Below are positions 8,888-19,317 of a stretch of DNA of 33,098 bases, piece by piece. The stretch covers positions 1 through 33,098 of the forward strand of contig CAITDX010000044.1 in NCBI GenBank assembly GCA_903891335.1, read 5' to 3'. Position numbers and translations under genes: made by a program. The notes beneath the pieces are model-generated. The model made no database searches and was not told the DNA's origin. It saw only the letters and a program-made list of their open reading frames with translations. How positions within the stretch are numbered: the first letter of the stretch is position 1; each line of letters begins with the position of its first letter. The DNA comes from an uncultured bacterium. Its GTDB lineage: Bacteria; Patescibacteriota; Microgenomatia; UBA1400; PJMF01.

Positions 8888-10252
8888 ATGTCAACTGATC
8901 CATCAATTTTCAAAGCCTATGATATTCGCGGAATTTATCCAAGCCAAATGGATGACATGACGGCCTATGAAGTTGGTCTTGCATTTGCCAATCTCATTCA
9001 GAAAGAAAAAAATCGCACCGATGTCAATTTGGTTGTTGGACGTGACATGCGTTTGTCTGGTCCAAGTCTTAAGACTGAGCTCATTCGCGGCATCACTGAA
9101 GCTGGAGCCAATGTCATTGATGTTGATTTAGCCTCTACACCAACCTTTTATTTCGCAGTGGCCTACTATGGTTATGATGGGGGAGTACAAATCTCAGCTT
9201 CTCATAACCCTGGTGAATACAATGGCTTCAAGATGGTACGAGCAAGTGCAGTCCCCGTGAGTGGTGACTCAGGCATTATGGATATCAAAGCCGCAGTGGT
9301 GGAGAAAAACTTCACTAAAGCAGCTGCTCCTGGTGCTATCACTACGAAAGAAGGCGTTTTAACAGAGCTTATTCAGATTGAAACAAAGGATATTGATGTG
9401 AGTACCATCAAGCCTTTTACGATTGTTGTTGATCCCTCCAATGCGATGGGAAGTCTAGACATCGAAGCTATTTTTGCCAAATTACCATGCAAAATTATCA
9501 AAATGAATTGGGAGTTAGACGGCAGCTTCCCCAATCACGAGGCTGATCCACTCAAAGAAGAAAATCTTGATCAATTGCGTGAACGCGTTGTACATGAAAA
9601 AGCAGATTTTGGCATCAGTCCAGATGGCGATGCTGATCGTGTTTTCTTTGTCGATGGCAATGGTAAAACATTTTCACAAGCACTGCTGCGCGGCATCATG
9701 GCGCAAATTGCAGTCAAAGAAAACCCTGGTGCGACCATTTGTTATGACATTAGACCAGGCAAAATTACTCGAGATTTAATCGATGAAGTTGGTGGCAAGG
9801 CCTCAGTTACCAAGGTTGGTCACTCACTCATTAAAGAGCAAATGATTAGAGAAAACGCCGTTTTTGGAGGAGAATCTTCTGGTCACTACTTCTATCAATT
9901 CCCTTACGGTACTTTTGAGGCACCTGCAGTGTTGATTTTGAAATTCTTGCAATTCCTATCCACAGGTGGCATGACGCTGGCAGAGTTAGCTGCCAAGTAT
10001 GATCGCTATGTCCACTCTGGAGAGATCAACTCTAAGGTTGCAGATAAGGATGAGAAAATCAAAGCCCTAGCAGAAAAGTATCAGGATGCAGAAATATCAT
10101 ATCTAGATGGCATCACCGTTACCTATCCCACCTGGTGGTTCAATGTCAGAGGTTCCAACACTGAACCAGCTCTTCGCCTCAATTTGGAGGCGGTAGATGC
10201 AGCCACTATGCAAGAGAAGCGAGATGAAGTGCTCGCGTTGATTCGCAGCTAA
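8888..10252 (+). CDS. manB: Phosphomannomutase/phosphoglucomutase
   Basis: FKAYDIRG, SASHNP phosphoserine loop, DGDADR, GESSGH, RGSNTEP; SD AAAGGAGG. Confidence 0.93.
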   Translation: MSTDPSIFKAYDIRGIYPSQMDDMTAYEVGLAFANLIQKEKNRTDVNLVVGRDMRLSGPSLKTELIRGITEAGANVIDVDLASTPTFYFAVAYYGYDGGVQISASHNPGEYNGFKMVRASAVPVSGDSGIMDIKAAVVEKNFTKAAAPGAITTKEGVLTELIQIETKDIDVSTIKPFTIVVDPSNAMGSLDIEAIFAKLPCKIIKMNWELDGSFPNHEADPLKEENLDQLRERVVHEKADFGISPDGDADRVFFVDGNGKTFSQALLRGIMAQIAVKENPGATICYDIRPGKITRDLIDEVGGKASVTKVGHSLIKEQMIRENAVFGGESSGHYFYQFPYGTFEAPAVLILKFLQFLSTGGMTLAELAAKYDRYVHSGEINSKVADKDEKIKALAEKYQDAEISYLDGITVTYPTWWFNVRGSNTEPALRLNLEAVDAATMQEKRDEVLALIRS

Positions 10253-10282
10253 AGTAATACACATAACTAAACGAAAGGCCCT

Positions 10283-11371
10283 ATGTCTTTGACTGCAATT
10301 TTGGAGAGTCGCGAACTGATTAAAGAAATTGATCCTGATGGTGCACTTGCCTCGGCAGAGAGCATTGCTGATCAGGTCAAACAAGTCTGGGAAGAGCAAG
10401 AGAGCATTCAAATTGAAGGCTACAAAGACAAACCCATTTCGCAAGTAGTTGTGGCCGGCATGGGTGGATCAGCCCTTGGTGCAGACTTAGTGAAACATCT
10501 CTATCGAGATCAACTCACCGTCCCCATGGAAATTGTCAAAGACTATGATTTACCAGCCTTCGTCGGTCCAGAAACCCTGGTGATTCTGAGCAGCTATTCA
10601 GGTAACACTGAGGAGACCTTAGCTGCGGCAGCCACTGCTAAAGAAAGGGGAGCACTGATTGCGGTATTGGCTGCTGGCGGCAAACTTGCCGAGCTCGCCA
10701 AAGCCAAAAACTACCCAAGCTACCTCATCAATCCCAAGGCGAATCCTTCCAACCAACCGCGCATGGCCACTGCCTACAACATCACTGCTATGTTGCTCAT
10801 GCTGAGCAAGCTTGAACTGCTTAGTTTCAGTGAAGAGGACTATCATCAAGTCTTGGATGCCATCAATCAAACCATGGAGCGCTGTCTCGTCGAAGTACCT
10901 CAGGACAAAAATCAAGCCAAACTCCTAGCCTACATGCTACTTGAGCGACGACCCATCTTGGTTGGAGCCAGTTTCCTAGAGGGAGCACTCCACATCGCTG
11001 CCAATCAATTCAATGAAAATGCCAAGAGCTTCGCTGATTACAAGATCATTCCTGAGATCAATCATCACCTGATGGAAGGACTAACTTTTCCCAAGAGTAA
11101 TGGCCTTAACCATTTCTTCGTCTTCTTCCAATCTAAGCTCTATCGAGAAGCCATTCAAAAACGCATTACTCTGACCCAACAAGCAGTTAATCAGGCAGGT
11201 ATTGAGAGCTTCGAAGTTACTCTTGAGTCAGAAAACAAACTAATGCAAGTTTTTGAGCTAGTGACACTGAGTACTTTCACCAACTTATATCTAGCATACT
11301 TAGAAAAAACCAACCCCTGTCCAATTCCAGTAGTCGACTGGTTTAAACATGAACTAGAAAAGTTGGCATAG
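10283..11371 (+). CDS. Bifunctional phosphoglucose/phosphomannose isomerase (SIS)
   Basis: GMGGS, SYSGNTEET, QPR, NENAK, PEINHH motifs. Confidence 0.9.
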   Translation: MSLTAILESRELIKEIDPDGALASAESIADQVKQVWEEQESIQIEGYKDKPISQVVVAGMGGSALGADLVKHLYRDQLTVPMEIVKDYDLPAFVGPETLVILSSYSGNTEETLAAAATAKERGALIAVLAAGGKLAELAKAKNYPSYLINPKANPSNQPRMATAYNITAMLLMLSKLELLSFSEEDYHQVLDAINQTMERCLVEVPQDKNQAKLLAYMLLERRPILVGASFLEGALHIAANQFNENAKSFADYKIIPEINHHLMEGLTFPKSNGLNHFFVFFQSKLYREAIQKRITLTQQAVNQAGIESFEVTLESENKLMQVFELVTLSTFTNLYLAYLEKTNPCPIPVVDWFKHELEKLA

Positions 11372-11394
11372 AGTGCCTATACTAGAGCTACCCT

Positions 11395-12654
11395 ATGGCT
11401 TTGATTTACGCCTTGCAAGCCCGCGAGATTTTGGATGGTCGAGGATGGCCAACCATTGAACTCGTGCTGTGGCTTGATAACGGTTTTTCCGTGATCACTA
11501 GCGTTCCTACTGCTGTTAGTGGTGGTGATTATGATGCGGTCGAGCTGCGTGACAATGACAAACGCATGGGGGGATTGGGGGTCCAAAAAGCTATCGACAA
11601 CATCAATCAAATCATTGCCCCTCAACTTATCGGCAAAGATGTCCTCAAACAGCGCGATATCGATCACCTCCTGATTAAACTTGATGGTACCAGCCAAAAA
11701 AGCAAGCTCGGTGGCAATGCCATCCTGGCAGTTTCTCAAGCAGTCCTCAAGGCTGGCGCACTCAGTGTCGGCTTACCACTGTACCAGTACATCCAGAAAA
11801 AATATCGTCTCACCACTGATCTCACCATGCCCAGTTGCATTTTTACTATTCTCGATGGGGGTGTGCATGGTGGCAAAAACTTGGATTTTCGCGAATTTTT
11901 ACTGCTGCCCGCTAGTCACTTTTCTCTAGAGAAAGCCATTGAAATGGCTGTCGTAGTCAAACAAAAACTCGAAGATTTGCTGATCAGTAAAGGAGCCATT
12001 CACTCGATTGGTGTCACTGGTGGTTTTAGCCCCAATCTGTACAAAAATACCGATGCATTTGAGCTGATCATCGAAGTAATTCGCCAAACTGGCTATAACT
12101 TCGCTCAAGACTTATTTTTTGGCCTCAATGCTGCTGCCTACGATATTTACGAAGCAGGCAAATATCGCGTCCGGGACAATAGTCAAGGCATGAGCACTAC
12201 TGAATTGATTACTTTTTATAAAAAATTGCGCGAAAGCTATAAACTCATCTATCTAGAAGATGCTTTCGCCAAAAACGAAGCTACGGCCTGGCAAGAGTTG
12301 AGCAGAGAAATTGGTCGAACTACAACTATTGCTGGATGCAACAATGTTTCTTCTAAATCATCACTAATTCAAAAAGGCCTGCAAAACCAAGAGTTTAATG
12401 CAGTGGTCGTCAAGCCCAAACACCTGGGGACAATTAGTGAAACCATGGAAAGTATTAAGCTGGTCAAAGATTCTAAACTTGATCTCATCCTTTCCCACAG
12501 CAGTGGCGAAACGAATGAAACGCTGATTGCTGACCTGGCAGTAGCCGTAGGAGCTAACTACGTCAAATTTGGTCCGCTCAATCGTGGTGAACGCATCAGT
12601 AAATACAACCGCCTCTTAGAAATTTCTCGAGAGCTGAGTCAAGCCATCAATTAA
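11395..12654 (+). CDS. Enolase paralog with degenerate active site
   Basis: Full-length enolase (AREILD, ELRD, KLGGNAIL, GERISKYNRLLEI), but GDEGG>GVTGG, LDVA>LNAA, GDD>GCN, SHRS>SHSS. Confidence 0.88.
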   Translation: MALIYALQAREILDGRGWPTIELVLWLDNGFSVITSVPTAVSGGDYDAVELRDNDKRMGGLGVQKAIDNINQIIAPQLIGKDVLKQRDIDHLLIKLDGTSQKSKLGGNAILAVSQAVLKAGALSVGLPLYQYIQKKYRLTTDLTMPSCIFTILDGGVHGGKNLDFREFLLLPASHFSLEKAIEMAVVVKQKLEDLLISKGAIHSIGVTGGFSPNLYKNTDAFELIIEVIRQTGYNFAQDLFFGLNAAAYDIYEAGKYRVRDNSQGMSTTELITFYKKLRESYKLIYLEDAFAKNEATAWQELSREIGRTTTIAGCNNVSSKSSLIQKGLQNQEFNAVVVKPKHLGTISETMESIKLVKDSKLDLILSHSSGETNETLIADLAVAVGANYVKFGPLNRGERISKYNRLLEISRELSQAIN

Positions 12655-12789
12655 ATCCCTAGGTTTTTCCAATTTCCCGTAAATTACCCGTTGACCTTTG
12701 CCTTTTTTTCGTTTATTTTATGGTTAATCTTCGTTATAGTTAATCACCGCTTCATGCCTTCAACTTGGCTTGAAGCAGAAAGCAACCCT

Positions 12790-13410
12790 ATGGCAGTTAC
12801 CCTCTACAAGCGCCAGCGCCAAATTGTGGACTACATCGCTCAATATGTCCAAAAGAATGGGTATTCTCCCACCCTCAAGGAAATTGCCGACTCGATCAAT
12901 GTGTCTTCTCTAGCTACTGTCCATGAGCATCTCCAAGCGCTCGAACGCAAGAAAGTAATCCGCAAACATGAAGGAGCAGTGCGTGGTATCGAGCTGGTTG
13001 ACCGCACCTTTATCAATATCACCGACAGTGTGGATTTGCCATTTTTAGGCTTCATCGCAGCTGGCTCACCAATTGAACCACATCAAGATCCCAATGCTAG
13101 TTTCAAGGTTTCTCCAGAGATGATTACTGGCAAGAAGCGCGCCTATGTCCTACAAGTGCGTGGTAAATCTATGATTGAGGATCACATCGATGATGGTGAC
13201 TATGTCGTCATCGAAGAAACTCCAGAGGTGAGTAATGGCGACATCGTCGTCGCACTCCTCGACAATGGCCTGGCCACTCTCAAACGTTTCTATAAAGAAG
13301 TGACTCGCATTCGCCTCGAACCAGCCAACTCCAGCATGAGTCCAATCTATGCCACCAATGTCCAGATCCAGGGTAGAGTGGTGGGACTGATTCGGAAGTT
13401 TCGATATTGA
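12790..13410 (+). CDS. lexA: SOS repressor LexA
   Basis: GYSPTLKEIA HTH, Ala-Gly cleavage site IAAG, catalytic Ser (GKSM) and Lys (TLKR). Confidence 0.95.
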   Translation: MAVTLYKRQRQIVDYIAQYVQKNGYSPTLKEIADSINVSSLATVHEHLQALERKKVIRKHEGAVRGIELVDRTFINITDSVDLPFLGFIAAGSPIEPHQDPNASFKVSPEMITGKKRAYVLQVRGKSMIEDHIDDGDYVVIEETPEVSNGDIVVALLDNGLATLKRFYKEVTRIRLEPANSSMSPIYATNVQIQGRVVGLIRKFRY

Positions 13411-13437
13411 GAGTAAGACTCGCTTCGAGACCCTTGG

Positions 13438-14031
13438 CTACTTCGTAGCGTCAAATTCCACTTCTTCTATCTGTAATTGCTCATTGATCCAAGTGCGTAA
13501 GGTAAACAGATAATCAGAGATGCGATTGCTACATTGCAATACCACCTGCCTGACATCGCGCTCATTGTCTAGAGATACAAGTCGACGCTCTAAACGCCGA
13601 CAGATGGTGCGCGACAGATCTAAGAAAGCGCTTAGTTCTGAGCCTCCTGGCAAGACAAATTTATAGCGCCAATTGGCGCCCAAATCATCCTGGAGAAAAT
13701 CAATTTCTTGTTCTAAGCGTGTTACAAAAGCATCGGCTAGCTTCACTCGCGGTGAAGCAGCAATTTCTGCCCCAAGCTTGAATAACTCATTTTGCAAATC
13801 AAGCAGCAACTGTTTTTCGCGCTGAAAAATCTCCTGAGATTGCAATTCCTGTGGAGCTCGCCCACATGCCAGAACCACCACCCCCAAACTAGCATTAAAT
13901 TCGTCAAGAGTACCAAGTACTTCAAAGACCAAGCTATTTTTTGGCAAACGCTCGCCGCTGATTAAAGCAGTTTTACCTTGATCACCGGTTTTGGTGTAGA
14001 CTTTTTTGAGTGGAGTTTTAGTTTTTGACAT
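13438..14031 (-). CDS. pduO: Cob(I)alamin adenosyltransferase, PduO type
   Basis: YTKTGDQG.T, GTLDE.N, FVLPGG, RTICRR.ER, NRISDYLF. Confidence 0.92.
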   Translation of the reverse strand: MSKTKTPLKKVYTKTGDQGKTALISGERLPKNSLVFEVLGTLDEFNASLGVVVLACGRAPQELQSQEIFQREKQLLLDLQNELFKLGAEIAASPRVKLADAFVTRLEQEIDFLQDDLGANWRYKFVLPGGSELSAFLDLSRTICRRLERRLVSLDNERDVRQVVLQCSNRISDYLFTLRTWINEQLQIEEVEFDATK

Positions 14032-14059
14032 AATAAGTGTCTGGTTGGTAAGTCATAAT

Positions 14060-17000
14060 TTATTTTTTGACAGAAAAAATTTCTGAAAGAGATTTGAGTT
14101 CAAGCTCACTGTTTTGATTAACTTCACGCATGAGTCTGTTAGTCCAATAGTCTAAAGTTGGGAGTATTGCATCAATAAGCGAACTAGAATTCATCAACAC
14201 TCTGCCTTTTGGCCCATCTACAAAAAAATTTGTTCTATGCAAATAGCTACCTCCAACTTTTCTCGATACTATTTTTGGACAAAAAATCGAACGCAACTCC
14301 ACTGAGCCATCTTTATTATTTTTAACTTTCCAAGACAAATGAGCATAATGTTCCATGACTGCCTGTACTTTTTCAACTGAGGGAACAAAACCAATAGATC
14401 TAAATTTACTATCACTTCCCAATCTAGCTTCAAGGTCCTTAGCCCATGACAAGCTCTTTGCCGTTTCCCCAAGTTTTTCTGTCTTTTTCAATCGTTTACT
14501 TTTTATATCAGCAATAAAAAGCTTTACCGCCTCCAACTCAGCTTTTCTTGGCTGAGAATTTCTTTTGCCGAAATGCTGTATCACCTCTAAATTATTGTTT
14601 AGTTCAACAGTCGAACTGCTGATCCATTTTTTTTCCACTCCATCAAATACTTTAATCGAAAGAATATGAGCTCTCCCTTGCGCGCATTTAACATCATATC
14701 CACCTCGACCAACACAGTGATCGAGACTACCACTTTCCTGCGCTAATAAATCTGAATCTGTTAAAACAGAAACCCCAATTTTTTGTGAATCAACTGAATA
14801 TTCAAAAAAAGAAGGTGCCACAGAATCACTATCATCATTTCCGACCAAAGATTTCCACTCTTTCCAGTCAAGCAAGTCAACAATCTCCCTTGGCATAACA
14901 CTGTGGTTTAAATGCCATTGTTTGGAAAGATCAAGTAATTCTTTAACTGAAAGTGGAATGCTTGAATTATTACTTATTTCAAAATTACCAGCCAAGATCA
15001 TTTTCTGCGCCATACTCACTGACTTTGAAATTATTTCTCTTAATTTCTCGACGGACACACCCCTGCCAATCTTGAGAATAGCTAACGGAACCAAGAGTCT
15101 AATTCCAATCTCTCGAATCACATCATTGACGTTAACGGCTTCTTCCTCGCTGTATTTAGATAATTCGTTGCCTGTTTTGACATAGGATGCCAGCATTGTT
15201 TCATCAGAAATAGCATCTGGCATAGTTATTTCCCTATTAAAAGTGGCTCTGGTAATTAAATCAAAATCTTCAGCACTATGCATTGGTAAAGCTAGGGCAT
15301 CCCATAGCTTTAAAGCAACTGTGTGCCCTTTCCAAATAGCACTCTTTTGCTCTAGAGTAAATTCAGAAAAAGTTGTTTTCTCAACTGAAACAGCCCTGCT
15401 GAGAGCATTTACCACCGGCAGCTGCAATAGAATATTCCTCGTCTCTTCTCCAAATTCATGAAATTTGCTATCCATGTAATCTAAAACTAGAAAACCCAAC
15501 CTTCCCCAGTCTTTATTTTTGACAGCCCGCTCAATAGGCGAATCATTTGAATCATATGGTTTATGTGAAATAACTTTTAGCCAATTATCTCTACCTATTT
15601 TATTTCTAATCAGCTCCATCTCATCTTGACTATAAAGAAATAAGGGTAATCCATAATTTTTATATAAATGAGTGTTAAGCATCTGAACCAAAACATCATT
15701 TTCGGTATTATCGAGAATGAATTGCAAAACTTCTCTATTATTCCTAGTCTTAGACAGAATATTTTCCCCAACTCGATGACTTTTCATGATGATGTTCCAA
15801 TCGTAGTCATTCATCTTCTGCCTAAATATTCTGAGAACATCAACATCTAGCTTACCTTCCATTTCGATAAATAAGCCATACATTGATTGGCCAAGCAAGC
15901 TACTTCTAATAGTTTCTGAATCAACTCCCTCAACTATTAGTTCTAAAATTGCTATTCTTTTATCTGCTGAAATTTCCTCAGTCAAACCCCTACTTTCCCT
16001 TGCAATTAACACTGCTTTTAATGTGGAGGGGTATATTAGCCTAGACCAAGTTGCAGAAATGGGTTGTCTTTGACCCTCAACTTCTTCTCTCGCGGAGAGC
16101 TTTGACTTAATTTGTTGTAATAAAATTAAATTCCCCTCCCTGATTATTTCAACCAACTTATCTACATCCATGGTTTCGCGCCAATCTTCCTCAGATACTC
16201 CCTCCATGATCAAATCAACTGTTTCTGTGGATTGCGACTGTTCTGTAGCAGGAATTCTCGATATGCGGAAACTTCTTCCTATTAAATGAGACCATTGTGG
16301 ATAAAATTCTTCAGTCACTCCACTTTTCAGTATTTTCAATAAATCAGGTCTTAAACTCATCGTCACTGAATCTAAACAGTCTGGAGACATTCGATACCCA
16401 CTCTGTCCCTCAAGAAACTTGAGCCACATCTCTGTTGGGATTCCATCCCTAATTTCAGCAAGTGTCTTAACCCAAGCGTATTGAGCTGCAGCCATTGCCA
16501 TCTCAATTTTACGATTATCTTTATTCCTATAAAACAATTTCGGTGTAAAAACTTTTGAACTCTTTAGCCAAGCCAAATAATTCGCAACGCCATCTCCATT
16601 TAAGTCGTCTACCTGATCTAATTCAAATTGTTTTTTTATTTCTTTAACTAGAATTGCCATTTTTTCATCAGCTTGTCTTACTGATAATTCTGCATAATAA
16701 TCACAGTTCTTGACCAAACTGGTTAATTCTTCCTGATTCATTCCTACGATGAATTGAGAGAACTGTTCTAAACTCATCTTTAATAAAATTTTATTGAGAA
16801 AATCTTTCGTAAAAGGTTCTAGAAATTTCACTTTTGCTTTTGAGCCTAAATTTCCCAAGATTGCATCAATCTTTTCCTGACTCAAATCTAGAATCATTAT
16901 GTCAATTTCCTTATACCAAGATGATGATTCTTTGTTTAACTTTAATAAAAAATCAACCCATTCTTCATCAGAAAAATGAGACCGAGCATCTTTAATTTCA

Positions 17001-17071
17001 TCAACAGACCATTCTTTTTTTTGAACAGATAGTGTTTCTGCTGGGGCTCCCAATGTTTCTTCTCTATTCAT
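14060..17071 (-). CDS. Large helical-repeat protein with C-terminal PcfJ-like domain
   Basis: ~1003 aa; ESGSLDHCVG..GY, STVEL, VIQHFGKRN near the C-terminus; visibly AT-richer than flanking genes. Confidence 0.7.
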   Translation of the reverse strand: MNREETLGAPAETLSVQKKEWSVDEIKDARSHFSDEEWVDFLLKLNKESSSWYKEIDIMILDLSQEKIDAILGNLGSKAKVKFLEPFTKDFLNKILLKMSLEQFSQFIVGMNQEELTSLVKNCDYYAELSVRQADEKMAILVKEIKKQFELDQVDDLNGDGVANYLAWLKSSKVFTPKLFYRNKDNRKIEMAMAAAQYAWVKTLAEIRDGIPTEMWLKFLEGQSGYRMSPDCLDSVTMSLRPDLLKILKSGVTEEFYPQWSHLIGRSFRISRIPATEQSQSTETVDLIMEGVSEEDWRETMDVDKLVEIIREGNLILLQQIKSKLSAREEVEGQRQPISATWSRLIYPSTLKAVLIARESRGLTEEISADKRIAILELIVEGVDSETIRSSLLGQSMYGLFIEMEGKLDVDVLRIFRQKMNDYDWNIIMKSHRVGENILSKTRNNREVLQFILDNTENDVLVQMLNTHLYKNYGLPLFLYSQDEMELIRNKIGRDNWLKVISHKPYDSNDSPIERAVKNKDWGRLGFLVLDYMDSKFHEFGEETRNILLQLPVVNALSRAVSVEKTTFSEFTLEQKSAIWKGHTVALKLWDALALPMHSAEDFDLITRATFNREITMPDAISDETMLASYVKTGNELSKYSEEEAVNVNDVIREIGIRLLVPLAILKIGRGVSVEKLREIISKSVSMAQKMILAGNFEISNNSSIPLSVKELLDLSKQWHLNHSVMPREIVDLLDWKEWKSLVGNDDSDSVAPSFFEYSVDSQKIGVSVLTDSDLLAQESGSLDHCVGRGGYDVKCAQGRAHILSIKVFDGVEKKWISSSTVELNNNLEVIQHFGKRNSQPRKAELEAVKLFIADIKSKRLKKTEKLGETAKSLSWAKDLEARLGSDSKFRSIGFVPSVEKVQAVMEHYAHLSWKVKNNKDGSVELRSIFCPKIVSRKVGGSYLHRTNFFVDGPKGRVLMNSSSLIDAILPTLDYWTNRLMREVNQNSELELKSLSEIFSVKK

Positions 17072-17170
17072 ACACAAAAATACACAGTTCTATAGTATTC
17101 TTCATTAAGGATCAAAGACTTAAAAATTACTACTATCAAAATAGTCATCTCTCACCTACAATAAAATCCC

Positions 17171-18889
17171 GTGATGATAGACATTCGCGGCTTCCTCAAA
17201 CCCAAAAACGGCTCTCGAGCCACCAAGTACATTTTCGTCTCCGGCGGCGTTCTTTCTGGCTTAGGCAAAGGCGTTACCGCTGCCTCGCTCGGTGTTTTGC
17301 TCAAAGAACAGGGCTACAGCGTCACCAACATCAAGTGTGAGAACTACCTCAATCTTGATTCTGGCAACATCAATCCAGTTGAGCACGGTGATGTCTTTTT
17401 GTGTGAAGATGGCCTCGAAGCTGATCTCGATCTTGGCTCCTATGAGCGTTTCCTTGGCAAGGAAGTTGGCTACAAAAACTTCACCACCATGGGTCAGATC
17501 TACACTTCCGTCATCGAACGCACCAAAAACCTCGAGTATGGCGGCGCCACGGTCGACGCCATTCCCTACGTACCAGAGGAAGTCATTCGCCGCATCCGTG
17601 AGGCCGCTGAAGGCCACGACATCATCCTAATTGAGTTAGGTGGTACCGCTGGCGAGTATCAAAACATCATCTACTACGAGGCATACCGGATCATGAAAAT
17701 GACCTTACCTCAGGATGTGATTTTGCTCCACGTCACCTATTTCCCAGCTCCATCACACATCAATGAATTGAAATCCAAACCCACCCAACTTTCAGTTAAA
17801 GCCCTAAACTCCATGGGTATTCAGCCTGACTTCATCGTCGGACGGGGCGAGCTGGAAATTGACGAAAAACGCAAAGAAAAAACTGCCTATTTCTGCAACA
17901 TGGACAAAGAAGACATTATTTCCAATCCTGATTGCAAATCGATCTACGAAATTCCCTTGATTTTCAATCGCCAAGATTTTAGTCAGAAAGTCCTGGCTAA
18001 ACTCGGTCTAACTGCTAAGAAAATCAATCTCACTGCCTGGCAGCAAATGGTTGATAATATCTATGCAGACAAGACCAAAAAGGTCAAAATCGGCATTATT
18101 GCTAAATATATTGCTACAGGCGACTACGAGCTCAAAGACTCTTACACCTCACTGCTTGAATCAATTAGTCACTCATCTTGGCATGAAAAAATTGACGCCG
18201 AAATTGTCTTTATCAATGCCGAGAGTCTTGAGAAAAAAGACGCCAGTGCTCTCAAAAATCTCCAAGAAGTCGATGGCATTATTGTGCCCATTGGTTGGGG
18301 CGGCCGGGGAGTGGAAGGCAAAATTGAAGCCATTCGCTATGCTCGGGAACACAAGATCCCTTACTTAGGACTCTGCTACGGCATGCAATTAGCCTCAATC
18401 GAATTTGCCCGCCACGTCGTCGGCTTGACCGATGCCAACACTGAAGAAGTCGATCCAACTGCCGCTCACCAGATTATCCACTCAATTCCTTTTGAGGAGC
18501 GTTACCAAAAAATCAAAGGTACTGGTGCCAGTATGCGCCTTGGCGCCTACGATTGCATTCTCAAACCGGGCACCCTCGCCCATAGCATCTACAAGAAGCA
18601 TCAAGCCTTCAAAGATCCCAAAAACAACCTGATTTCCGAGCGTCACCGCCACCGCTTCGAGTTCAACAATGACTATCGTCAAGCACTTGAAGAAAAAGGC
18701 TTTGTGATTTCAGGCACCAGCCCAGATGATTTCTTCGTCGAGATGATTGAACTCTCGCCCAAAGAGCATCCCTTCTTTTTAGCGACTCAAGCGCACCCAG
18801 AGTACAAGTCTGCACCGCTGGCACCACACCCAATTTTTATCGAATATTTGCGCAGTATCTGGGAAGAAAAGAATAAACGCTCGAGCTAA
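17171..18889 (+). CDS. pyrG: CTP synthase
   Basis: [44 protein letters not shown]. Confidence 0.97.
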   Translation: MMIDIRGFLKPKNGSRATKYIFVSGGVLSGLGKGVTAASLGVLLKEQGYSVTNIKCENYLNLDSGNINPVEHGDVFLCEDGLEADLDLGSYERFLGKEVGYKNFTTMGQIYTSVIERTKNLEYGGATVDAIPYVPEEVIRRIREAAEGHDIILIELGGTAGEYQNIIYYEAYRIMKMTLPQDVILLHVTYFPAPSHINELKSKPTQLSVKALNSMGIQPDFIVGRGELEIDEKRKEKTAYFCNMDKEDIISNPDCKSIYEIPLIFNRQDFSQKVLAKLGLTAKKINLTAWQQMVDNIYADKTKKVKIGIIAKYIATGDYELKDSYTSLLESISHSSWHEKIDAEIVFINAESLEKKDASALKNLQEVDGIIVPIGWGGRGVEGKIEAIRYAREHKIPYLGLCYGMQLASIEFARHVVGLTDANTEEVDPTAAHQIIHSIPFEERYQKIKGTGASMRLGAYDCILKPGTLAHSIYKKHQAFKDPKNNLISERHRHRFEFNNDYRQALEEKGFVISGTSPDDFFVEMIELSPKEHPFFLATQAHPEYKSAPLAPHPIFIEYLRSIWEEKNKRSS

Positions 18890-18963
18890 TCAAACTCAGA
18901 TCGAAGCGATTCATAACTTCTGCTAGTTTTTTCTTGATCTATTTGCTACAATACCCGTTTGTT

Positions 18964-19317
18964 ATGGCACAGACTTTTATCTATCAACAAGAAACAGTTA
19001 ACGTTGGTGACACCATTCGCGTCCACCAAGAAATCTCTGAAGGCAAAAAAACCAGAGTTCAGGTTTTTGAAGGCTTGGTTATTGCCATCAAAAACCGTGA
19101 AACTGGCAAAAGCTTCACTGTCCGCAAAATCGCCAGCAATGGCGTTGGCGTAGAGAAGATTTTCCCCATGCTCATGCCCAGCATCAAGAAAATTGAAGTA
19201 AAACGCCGTGGTGAAATCAAGCGCAGTAAGCTATATTACCTGCGTGAGAAGATCGGTAAAGCCGCCAGCAGAGTTAAAGAAAAAAGTCTTTTCAAAAACA
19301 CAGCGAAAGCTGCCTAA
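18964..19317 (+). CDS. rplS: 50S ribosomal protein L19
   Basis: [34 protein letters not shown]. Confidence 0.97.
   Translation: MAQTFIYQQETVNVGDTIRVHQEISEGKKTRVQVFEGLVIAIKNRETGKSFTVRKIASNGVGVEKIFPMLMPSIKKIEVKRRGEIKRSKLYYLREKIGKAASRVKEKSLFKNTAKAA

Noticed and set aside
14032-17170. Prophage or mobile element around the PcfJ-like gene
   Set aside because: Single gene; no integrase, transposase or flanking repeats seen
19280-19286. AAAAAAG slippery heptamer linking rplS to yraN
   Set aside because: Out of phase for a -1 shift, and yraN is in the +1 frame
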